NCBI GenBank assembly: GCA_964019425.1
Contig: OZ025798.1
Span: forward strand, 806,001 to 870,000
DNA from: Flectonema sp. DT1601
Lineage: Eukaryota
Reading direction: 5' to 3'
Length of the DNA stretch: 64,000 nucleotides
Below the pieces are notes generated by a model, which ran no database searches, was not told where the DNA came from, and worked only from the letters and a program-made list of their open reading frames with translations. This document shows positions 49,483 to 59,152 of the stretch, piece by piece; within the stretch, counting starts at the first letter, position 1, and every line of letters begins with the position of its first letter. The position numbers and the translations under genes were made by a program.

Positions 49483-50034
49483 TTTTTTTTTTTTTTTTTT
49501 TTTTGTTATTTCTTTTCTTACACCTAGACCCAGTTATGTTTTTTTTCTCTCTGTGAATGTGAGTCCAGTTGGGAAGTAAAATTGAAATTACTTTTTTTGT
49601 TGTTAATCTGCTCAATAAACTCTCTTTTGTAATTTTTTTTTTTTTTTTTTTTTTTTTTAAATAATAATTGTGTTGCCCTGCAGTGATCGAATTCGCTTGG
49701 GAGATTCCACACGGTACGCTGATGATGACTAGAATATTGTTATTTTTTTTTATTTTTTTTTTTTGGTTAGAGATGCTAACATACCTGTCTTCTTCTTCTT
49801 TTTTTTTTTTTTTGCTCCTTTTTTTTGTAGTGTGTCAGATATCGCTTTATGTATTTTTTATTATTGTCATTCAGGTAATTATCGATGTTAAGCAAATCGT
49901 ACTTATTCATACCCAAGAACACCACCAGAAGCAGTAAAGTTATGATTCGATGAAGAAACTCTACAATGGCGGTGGTGGTGAGTCACGTGTTTTTATTCTA
50001 GAAAACGTCGAGAACAAAAAAAAAAAAAAAAAAA

Positions 50035-51495
50035 ATGTCATTCTTCACGAGAGGTTCTCATACTCTGTCAATCCCTTTTGCGATGCACAAGCAAAACAGA
50101 GAGCGACTGTGCAAGGCGATGAGCTCAAAGAAGAAATCATTTGTACTATTAAAAGGAATGGAATATATTCCACTTCATGACACGGATGTATCATGGCACG
50201 ACAATGATACAAAACAAGAAAGTAATTTCCAATGGTTATTCGGAGTTAAGGAGACTGACGTACTCGGTGCTATCGACCTTTCAACAACAGCATCGTATTT
50301 ATTCATACCAAGAACACCAGAAGCAGTAAAGTTTGTATTGGTCGCAAGAGATATTGATTATTTTTTAAAGACCTACGAAGTAGACCACGTCCACTACATT
50401 GACGAGGTTAAAACTGTTCTTCAAGAATCCAAAGCAGAAAGTTTACTGACACTAAGTGGCGTTAACCCAAACAGTGGACTTGAACCAGCCCAACCAACTT
50501 TTGAAGGAATCGACTCATTCACGATAGAACCCAGCAATGAGTTTTATCGAACGATTACTGAACTGAGACTGTTAAAGAGTGATGAAGAGATGAAGATTAT
50601 GCAATTCGTCAACGACATATCATCTCTAGCTCATGTTAAAGTTCATAGAGAAGCTCAGCGTGAGGATCGCCGAATGCAATATCACGCAGAAGCTGAGTTT
50701 AGATATCAATCGTTCCTGAGAGGTTGTGCACGTACTGGTTATGGTTGTATTGGTGCTTCAGGATCTCACAATGCTACACTTCACTATTTAGAAAATTTTG
50801 AAAAAGTCGCTCCAGGTGATCTTCGTCTCCTCGACATGGGTGCTGAGTACCACGGCTACACTGCTGATATTACCTGTACCTTCCCTGTTAATCCGAAATT
50901 CTCAAAAGAGCAAGCTGCTATTTACAACATCGTTCTCAGTGGTGTTAATGCTGTTGAAGAAAATATTAAACCAGGAAAGTGTTGGATAGAACTCCATAAA
51001 TTATCAGAGAGAGTAATGCTTCAAGGATTAATAGACTACGGAATGATCAGCGGGGATATTGAAGAGATGATTGAAAAAGACTTAATGGCTACCTTTATGC
51101 CTCATGGATTAGGTCATACTCTGGGATTAGACGTTCATGACGTCGCGGGTTACCTTCCTGGTGAGGACAGATCATGTTTAGCTAAGGCGAAACCTTATCC
51201 GGTTACGCAGAATTTACGTCTTGGTCGTCCTCTGCAGCATCGAATGGTGGTGACGGTGGAACCTGGTATCTACTTTATACCAATGTTACTTGATAACCTT
51301 TCAGCTGATAAAGCAAAATTTGTTAATATTGAAATGGCAAAGTCTCACATTCAATCTGTTGGAGGTGTTCGTATCGAAGACAACGTCTTCGTATCTGAAA
51401 CCGGATGTCGGGTTCTAACCAACGTCCCTCGAACTGTAAAAGAAATCGAGGATGTCATTGCCGGAGGTGAATGGGAGATCACAGCAGCTATCTAA
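50035..51495 (+). CDS. PEPD: Xaa-Pro dipeptidase (prolidase, peptidase M24B)
   Basis: QESNFQWLFGV, LLDMGAEYHGYTADITCTFP, PHGLGHTLGLDVHDV, TVEPGIYF, GGVRIEDN, LTNVPRT; metal ligands intact. Confidence 0.93.
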   Translation: MSFFTRGSHTLSIPFAMHKQNRERLCKAMSSKKKSFVLLKGMEYIPLHDTDVSWHDNDTKQESNFQWLFGVKETDVLGAIDLSTTASYLFIPRTPEAVKFVLVARDIDYFLKTYEVDHVHYIDEVKTVLQESKAESLLTLSGVNPNSGLEPAQPTFEGIDSFTIEPSNEFYRTITELRLLKSDEEMKIMQFVNDISSLAHVKVHREAQREDRRMQYHAEAEFRYQSFLRGCARTGYGCIGASGSHNATLHYLENFEKVAPGDLRLLDMGAEYHGYTADITCTFPVNPKFSKEQAAIYNIVLSGVNAVEENIKPGKCWIELHKLSERVMLQGLIDYGMISGDIEEMIEKDLMATFMPHGLGHTLGLDVHDVAGYLPGEDRSCLAKAKPYPVTQNLRLGRPLQHRMVVTVEPGIYFIPMLLDNLSADKAKFVNIEMAKSHIQSVGGVRIEDNVFVSETGCRVLTNVPRTVKEIEDVIAGGEWEITAAI

Positions 51496-51774
51496 CATCA
51501 GTCTGTCTTCACAAACCAAGTGTCTTGAAGTGTGGCAAGTAAGTTATTACCTCGTACGCAACTCACCCGATTTACTTATTCGCAGGTCAATTTTCAACCG
51601 AGTGGCATATTCTTCATCTTAGTAACGTACACTCACAAACTAATTCTTTTGAGCTTTTTTTTTTTTTTTTTGGTTGTTTATTTTCGTGGGGGAATTATTT
51701 TTCAATAAGTACTCACTCTTCATTCAAAAAAACCTTTTTCAGAAATCAAAAAAAAGGGAAATAAGAATAAGAAG

Positions 51775-53697
51775 ATGGGCACTCTGTTGTATGCCACTAT
51801 GTTGGCGATATTTTTTGTTGGGTGCAGCGGTGGAACCTTCACAATCGAAAATGATAAATTTATAATGAACGGGAAGAACTTTCAAATAATGTCCGGCAGC
51901 TTTCACTATTCTCGAATTCCATCAGCTGGTTGGGATGATCGATTAAAGAGATTAGCAGCAATGGGTATGAATACTATTCAGACATATGTTCCATGGAACT
52001 GGCATGAAAATACTGAAGGAACCTTTGACTTTGAAGGTGACAGAGACTTGTCACAGTTCCTAACTCTCTGTAAGCAAAACAACCTTACCATTCTACTGGG
52101 GGCAGGTCCCTATATTGGAGGTGATTGGGAGTTCGGAGGACTACCATGGTGGCTCTTAAGGGACGGTAGTTTAAATATCCGAACATACGTATCCTCATTC
52201 ACAAATCTTGTGAGCAAATATCTAACGAAGGTCCACAGCATAATAAAACCACATCTTATTGAGAATGGTGGAAACATTATTATGGTTCAAATAGAGTGTG
52301 AATTCGGATCATTTGGGGACGTCGTAGTAAATCCAAAAGACTTGCAGTACATGGAATACCTTGTCAATGAGACAAGACATAATCTTGGTGATAATGTTAT
52401 CTTATACACAACTGATATAGAAATCAGCGGATCAACATCAGTAAACATGAAAAAGGGATCTCTAAAAGGTAGTGACGTAATCACATTAGGAGAACACGGC
52501 TCATCAATCGGTTTTGTTACATCGTGTTTAGCTCAGTCAACTATGAATGATGATGGTAAGAATCCTTGCATGGATTCACAATATGCTACTGGTGGTGCTT
52601 CATTTTGGGGTCAACCCGTTGTAAACACATCCACTTCAAGTATTGTTTCAGGTATTAGCAAAGCATTAAAGAACGGTGACTCGTTTAACCTTTATATGGG
52701 ATTTGGTGGTACCAATGTTGGCTGGTATGCGGGAGCTACTGGAGCACAGTCGAACTACACACCATACACTACTTCTTACGACTATGATTCCCCAGTATCA
52801 GAGAATGGTGATCATGGATTTGGTATTGATGGAAAAGACAAGTTTTCAGCTATTCTAAACGTAACATCCATGTACTATCAGGGTACTATTCCCCCAGAAC
52901 CTGAATTTGAAAATCGTATTGGCTTTGGGACCATAACATTAACAGAAGAATCACTACTGCTATCATCAAACAGTCTGGAAGTTCTAACAAAGTGGAATGG
53001 TGGTCCTAAAGTGATACCGTCAAATACACTTATCCCGATGGAATTTTTTAACCAATCATTTGGTTCTATTTTATACCGAGCCACAGCAAGGGCAACTGGC
53101 GACACAATGTCGTTTGGGTATCCCAGTGATGTTGCTACCGTGTTTGTTGGAAGTCAGCGTCAGGGATCGTTTTTTAGATCGACTTTCAGTGGATCCTTTA
53201 CACTAAGAAATCCTGTACAGCTTGGTGAGACGGTTGATATATTAGTAGAAGCAATGGGTCGGATTGATTCAGGTGGCAGTATGATTGATCGAAAGGGACT
53301 GGCTTCTGATGTCCTTCTCAATCAATCTCCACTGTCAACCAATTGGAGTGTTTACAACCTGCAACTATCATTCTCAGACATTGAGCTTATGACATTTTCA
53401 CCTGTTTCTGATGCGAAACCATCAGAAACTTTTTCTCCTACAGTTTATAAAGGTTTTTTTACCATTCCATCAACTGTAACGTCTTGTTACGTTGAAACAA
53501 CGTCATTCACTAAAGGCGTCGTTTGGATAAATGGAAATAATGTAGGAAGGTACTGGAATAACATGGGACCTCAACAACGAATATATATTTACAAGTCTCT
53601 ACTACATGTTGGAAATAATTCCATTCATGTCTTAGAATACGATTCACACAAAGGAACTGATGTGAACTTCGCAACCCAACCAAAGTGGGGAGCATAA
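51775..53697 (+). CDS. secreted GH35 beta-galactosidase homolog, divergent, nucleophile Glu replaced by Gln
   Basis: Signal peptide; SGSFHYSR, TYVPWNWHE, FNLYMGFGGTN, TSYDYDSP and NVGRYW..GPQ motifs. Confidence 0.9.
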   Translation: MGTLLYATMLAIFFVGCSGGTFTIENDKFIMNGKNFQIMSGSFHYSRIPSAGWDDRLKRLAAMGMNTIQTYVPWNWHENTEGTFDFEGDRDLSQFLTLCKQNNLTILLGAGPYIGGDWEFGGLPWWLLRDGSLNIRTYVSSFTNLVSKYLTKVHSIIKPHLIENGGNIIMVQIECEFGSFGDVVVNPKDLQYMEYLVNETRHNLGDNVILYTTDIEISGSTSVNMKKGSLKGSDVITLGEHGSSIGFVTSCLAQSTMNDDGKNPCMDSQYATGGASFWGQPVVNTSTSSIVSGISKALKNGDSFNLYMGFGGTNVGWYAGATGAQSNYTPYTTSYDYDSPVSENGDHGFGIDGKDKFSAILNVTSMYYQGTIPPEPEFENRIGFGTITLTEESLLLSSNSLEVLTKWNGGPKVIPSNTLIPMEFFNQSFGSILYRATARATGDTMSFGYPSDVATVFVGSQRQGSFFRSTFSGSFTLRNPVQLGETVDILVEAMGRIDSGGSMIDRKGLASDVLLNQSPLSTNWSVYNLQLSFSDIELMTFSPVSDAKPSETFSPTVYKGFFTIPSTVTSCYVETTSFTKGVVWINGNNVGRYWNNMGPQQRIYIYKSLLHVGNNSIHVLEYDSHKGTDVNFATQPKWGA

Positions 53698-54131
53698 CAT
53701 GGTACGTTGAAGTTGTTTTCTGCATAGTTCAGTAAATCGAGTGGCGTGTTATTTATTTATTTATTTATTTATTTTATGGAATATGGTAGAGGACATTTAT
53801 CGACTTTACCATGTGATAATATGCAGTCGAAAAAGTGTGTTTAACAATTATTTTGACTGCATGTTGTACTTACATCTGTTTTGGTTCTTTTTTTAATGGT
53901 GAACTAGTTTGCCACGTTTCCAGTGAAACTCTTGATGTGGATTCGCTCCGATAGTAAGATCCGTAGAAACGAGTGGAATTATTTTAATTTTTAGTAAAAG
54001 GATGCATGTACTCAACACAAAGAGAGCATGGGCTCGTGTAACCTTACCATCTGCGTAGCTGATGACACCTTTTGGTATTTTGAAAAAAAAAACTTTTTTG
54101 TTTTTTCCACTCAGTAGATAACATTGACAAT

Positions 54132-56038
54132 ATGCTTCGGTTTGGTCTTGCAGCACTCTTAGTTGCAGGTTGCAGTGCAACAAACACATTTACTGTTGAG
54201 AACGATCAGTTTGTGAAGGATGGTGAGAACTTTCAAATAATGTCCGGCAGCTTTCACTATTCTCGAATTCCATCAGCTGGTTGGGATGATCGATTAAAGA
54301 GATTAGCAGCAATGGGTATGAATACTATTCAGACATATGTTCCATGGAACTGGCATGAAAATACTGAAGGAACCTTTGACTTTGAAGGTGACAGAGACTT
54401 GTCACAGTTCTTAACTCTCTGTAAGCAAAACAACTTAAATGTTCTTCTCCGTGCCGGACCATACATGTGTGGTGAATGGGAGTTCGGAGGACTGCCATGG
54501 TGGCTTCTGAAGAACAGCAGCTTAGAGGTGAGAACTTACAGCCCGACATATATTCCTGCTGTAGACAGATACTTAACAAAGCTACACAGTGTTTTGAAAC
54601 CTCACTTATACGTAAATGGTGGAAGTATTCTTATGGTCCAAATTGAAAACGAATACGGTTCTTTTGGAGACGTTTCAAAAAACCCAAATGACCTGAAGTA
54701 CATGCATCACTTAGTTAACCTTACAAAGCAAAACCTTGGTAATGAAGTAACTCTTTACACTACTGATGGTAACTCTACTAGTTATATGTCTAAGGGATCT
54801 CTAAATGGTGATCTTGTTATCACTCTTGGAGATCACGGACCAGGTGACTTCACTCCATCATGCAATGCTCAGGCAACGATGAACCCTAAGGGAAAGAATC
54901 CTTGCATGGACACGGAATTCTACACAGGTTGGTTAACTCATTGGGTGAACACATGGCAAACACATCAACAAAGGACGTAGCAAACAGTCTTGACTCAGCG
55001 TTAAAGAGTGGATTCTCGTTCAACTTGTACATGGGATTTGGAGGTACTAACTGGGGTTGGTTTGCAGGAGCAAACGGAGGAGGTGCAAGTTACGCGCCAC
55101 ACATCACATCGTACGACTACGACAGTCCAATCTCTGAAAATGGAGATCACGGATTCGGTAGTGACAACTTGGATAAGTACGAAGCCATTCTTGCGGTTGC
55201 TTCAAAGTACTACAAAGGATCGATCCCTCCAGAGCCACCTGCACCAAAGAGACTTGCATACGGAAAGGTTACTCTAAGTCAGCAGGCGTCCCTCTTGTCT
55301 GCATCAAGTTTAGATACTTTAACAAAATGGAATGGAGGAGTTAAGAGTCAATCTCAAGCAACTCCAATTGCAATGGAGTACTTCAACCAGTCATTTGGAT
55401 CTATAATGTACAGATGTACTTCTGCTGCTGCTGGAAATACATTACAAGTAGCTGGATACCCAAAGGATAGAGCAATCGTATTTGTGAACGGGAAGCGTCA
55501 GGGTGACTTCTACAGACCAAGTTTCAAGGGATCGATTACTTTATTGGAAGGAATTAGAGTCGGTGACACTGTTGATATTCTTGTTGAAGCCATGGGTCGT
55601 CTTAATTACGGAAGAGGAATGATTGATCGTAAGGGTCTTCCTTTTGCTGTATCTGTCAGCAACAAGCCAATCACAACTTCAGGTTGGAAAGTATTTAACC
55701 TTCAGTTGGATGCATCTGATGTGAATGGTCTTAACTTTTCATCATCTGTTTCTGAAGTTTCTGCTTCTATATTTAGTCCGACAGTCTTCAAGGGAACAGT
55801 GAACATTCCATCAGTAACTTCTTGTTATATCGAAACTACTTCATTCACAAAGGGTTCAATCTGGATTAACGGCAATAACATTGGAAGATACTGGAACAGC
55901 AAGGGACCACAACTAAGCATTTACATCCATGAGTCGATGCTTAAGGTTGGGGAAAACTCGATTCTCGTGTTGGAGTATGATTCGAACACTGGGACTGATG
56001 TCACATTCACTAACTTCCCTCGTTGGGGAACTCACTAA
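54132..56038 (+). pseudogene. GH35 beta-galactosidase copy 2, frameshifted at 54943-54945 (or a sequencing error)
   Basis: Split ORFs 54132-54980 and 54902-56038; cattgggtgaa here versus cattggggtgaa in the intact copy 3. Confidence 0.75.
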
Positions 56039-56727
56039 AAAAATGAAAAAAACCATCGGGTTTAAATCGATAAACCTGCGTGCGTGTTAATGACAGCGAG
56101 AAAAAACAGCTGCTAACAACTTTTTTTTTTCCTCCGAAAATAGAAATATTACTTTCGAGAAGAATAAAACAAACGTGTTTCCAATTAATGCGATTCGATA
56201 CAATCGTTCATGTGTTGATTTCCGATGTTTCTGTTTATTGAAGAAATCAATCTCCGTAGTTCATGTATTCTTGACGATATGTGCGAAGAGAATAAAGAAA
56301 TGAAAGGGGAAAGCGAAAAAAAAAAGATAAAGAAATTCGGGGTACCAGAATATCCACAACAAATGTGGACGCGTTCGTACCCAATGTGTGTGTTATTTTC
56401 TTTTCTCTCTTTTTGTTTATTGACTGATATAAGACTCGCGTGCCAATGCCGACTGCATGTTGTACTTACATCTGTTTTTTTTCTTTTTTTAATGGTGAAC
56501 TAGTTTGCCACGTCTCCATTGAAACTCTTGATGTGGATTCGCTCCGATAGTAAGATCCGTAGAAACGAGTGGAATTATTTTAATTTTTAGTAAAAGGATG
56601 CATGTACTCAACACAAAGAGAGCATGGGCTCGTGTAACCTTACCATCTGCGTAGCTGATGACACCTTTTGGTATTTTGAAAAAAAAAACTTTTTTGTTTT
56701 TTCCACTCAGTAGATAACATTGACAAT

Positions 56728-58635
56728 ATGCTTCGGTTTGGTCTTGCAGCACTCTTAGTTGCAGGTTGCAGTGCAACAAACACATTTACTGTTGAGAACG
56801 ATCAGTTTGTGAAGGATGGTGAGAACTTTCAAATAATGTCCGGCAGCTTTCACTATTCTCGAATTCCATCAGCTGGTTGGGATGATCGATTAAAGAGATT
56901 AGCAGCAATGGGTATGAATACTATTCAGACATATGTTCCATGGAACTGGCATGAAAATACTGAAGGAACCTTTGACTTTGAAGGTGACAGAGACTTGTCA
57001 CAGTTCTTAACTCTCTGTAAGCAAAACAACTTAAATGTTCTTCTCCGTGCCGGACCATACATGTGTGGTGAATGGGAGTTCGGAGGACTGCCATGGTGGC
57101 TTCTGAAGAACAGCAGCTTAGAGGTGAGAACTTACAGCCCGACATATATTCCTGCTGTAGACAGATACTTAACAAAGCTACACAGTGTTTTGAAACCTCA
57201 CTTATACGTAAATGGTGGAAGTATTCTTATGGTCCAAATTGAAAACGAATACGGTTCTTTTGGAGACGTTTCAACAAACCCAAATGACCTGAAGTACATG
57301 CATCACTTAGTTAACCTTACAAAGCAAAACCTTGGTAATGAAGTAACTCTTTACACTACTGATGGTGGCTCTACTGGTTTTATGTCTAAGGGATCTCTAA
57401 ATGGTGATCTTGTTATCACTCTTGGAGATCACGGACCAGGTGACTTCACTCCATCATGCAATGCTCAGGCAACGATGAACCCTAAGGGAAAGAATCCTTG
57501 CATGGACACGGAATTCTACACAGGTTGGTTAACTCATTGGGGTGAACACATGGCAAACACATCAACAAAGGACGTAGCAAACAGTCTTGACTCAGCGTTA
57601 AAGAGTGGATTCTCGTTCAACTTGTACATGGGATTTGGAGGTACTAACTGGGGTTGGTTTGCAGGAGCAAACGGAGGAGGTGCAAGTTACGCGCCACACA
57701 TCACATCGTACGACTACGACAGTCCAATCTCTGAAAATGGAGATCACGGATTCGGTAGTGACAACTTGGATAAGTACGAAGCCATTCTTGCGGTTGCTTC
57801 AAAGTACTACAAAGGATCGATCCCTCCAGAGCCACCTGCACCAAAGAGACTTGCATACGGAAAGGTTACTCTAAGTCAGCAGGCGTCCCTCTTGTCTGCA
57901 TCAAGTTTAGATACTTTAACAAAATGGAATGGAGGAGTTAAGAGTCAATCTCAAGCAACTCCAATTGCAATGGAGTACTTCAACCAGTCATTTGGATCTA
58001 TAATGTACAGATGTACTTCTGCAGCTGCTGGAAATACATTACAAGTAGCTGGATACCCAAAGGATAGAGCAATCGTATTTGTGAACGGGAAGCGTCAGGG
58101 TGACTTCTACAGACCAAGTTTCAAGGGATCGATTACTTTATTGGAAGGAATTAGAGTCGGTGACACTGTTGATATTCTTGTTGAAGCCATGGGTCGTCTT
58201 AATTACGGAAGAGGAATGATTGATCGTAAGGGTCTTCCTTTTGCTGTATCTGTCAGCAACAAGCCAATCACAACTTCAGGTTGGAAAGTATTTAACCTTC
58301 AGTTGGATGCATCTGATGTGAATGGTCTTAACTTTTCATCATCTGTTTCTGAAGTTTCTGCTTCTGTATTTAGTCCGACAGTCTTCAAGGGAACAGTGAA
58401 CATTCCATCAGTAACTTCTTGTTATATCGAAACTACTTCATTCACAAAGGGTTCAATCTGGATTAACGGCAATAACATTGGAAGATACTGGAACAGCAAG
58501 GGACCACAACTAAGCATTTACATCCATGAGTCGATGCTTAAGGTTGGGGAAAACTCGATTCTCGTGTTGGAGTATGATTCGAACACTGGGACTGATGTCA
58601 CATTCACTAACTTCCCTCGTTGGGGAACTCACTAA
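56728..58635 (+). CDS. secreted GH35 beta-galactosidase (GLB1-like), intact catalytic residues
   Basis: LRAGPYMCGEWEFGG, QIENEYG (acid/base), MDTEFYTGW (nucleophile), TSYDYD. Confidence 0.93.
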   Translation: MLRFGLAALLVAGCSATNTFTVENDQFVKDGENFQIMSGSFHYSRIPSAGWDDRLKRLAAMGMNTIQTYVPWNWHENTEGTFDFEGDRDLSQFLTLCKQNNLNVLLRAGPYMCGEWEFGGLPWWLLKNSSLEVRTYSPTYIPAVDRYLTKLHSVLKPHLYVNGGSILMVQIENEYGSFGDVSTNPNDLKYMHHLVNLTKQNLGNEVTLYTTDGGSTGFMSKGSLNGDLVITLGDHGPGDFTPSCNAQATMNPKGKNPCMDTEFYTGWLTHWGEHMANTSTKDVANSLDSALKSGFSFNLYMGFGGTNWGWFAGANGGGASYAPHITSYDYDSPISENGDHGFGSDNLDKYEAILAVASKYYKGSIPPEPPAPKRLAYGKVTLSQQASLLSASSLDTLTKWNGGVKSQSQATPIAMEYFNQSFGSIMYRCTSAAAGNTLQVAGYPKDRAIVFVNGKRQGDFYRPSFKGSITLLEGIRVGDTVDILVEAMGRLNYGRGMIDRKGLPFAVSVSNKPITTSGWKVFNLQLDASDVNGLNFSSSVSEVSASVFSPTVFKGTVNIPSVTSCYIETTSFTKGSIWINGNNIGRYWNSKGPQLSIYIHESMLKVGENSILVLEYDSNTGTDVTFTNFPRWGTH

Positions 58636-59152
58636 AAAATGAAAAAAAACCATCGGGTTTAAATCGATAAACCTGCGTGCATGTTAATAGCAGCGAGAAA
58701 AAACAGCTGCTAGCAACTTTTTTTTTGCCTCCGAAAATAGAAATATTACTTTTGAGAAGAATAAAACAAACGTGTTTCCAATTAATGCGATTCGATACAA
58801 TCGTTCATGTGTTAATTTCCGATGTTTCTGTTTATTGAAGAAATCAATCTCCGTAGTTCATGTATTCTTGACGATATGTGCGAAGAGAATAAAGAAATGA
58901 AAGGGGAAAGCGAAAAAAAAAAGATAAAGAAATTCGGGGTACCAGAATATCCACAACAAATGTGGACGCGTTCGTACCCAATGTGTGTGTTATTTTCTTT
59001 TCTCTCTTTTTGTTTATTGACTGATATAAAACTCGCGCATGCCAATGCCGAGAAAATCTGTTTTCTTAAAAAAAAAAAAAAAAAAAAAGACGACACATTT
59101 TTTTTTAAATTTTTTTATTTTTTTTTCCACACAGCCTCCCCATTTAACAAAA

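Larger units (their letters stand above)
53856..59048. repeat. recent ~2.6-kb tandem duplication (53856-56450 / 56451-59048) containing a GH35 gene plus flanks
   Basis: Both units start gactgcatgttgtacttacatc and end ...gccaatgcc; the flanks are near-identical. Confidence 0.9.
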
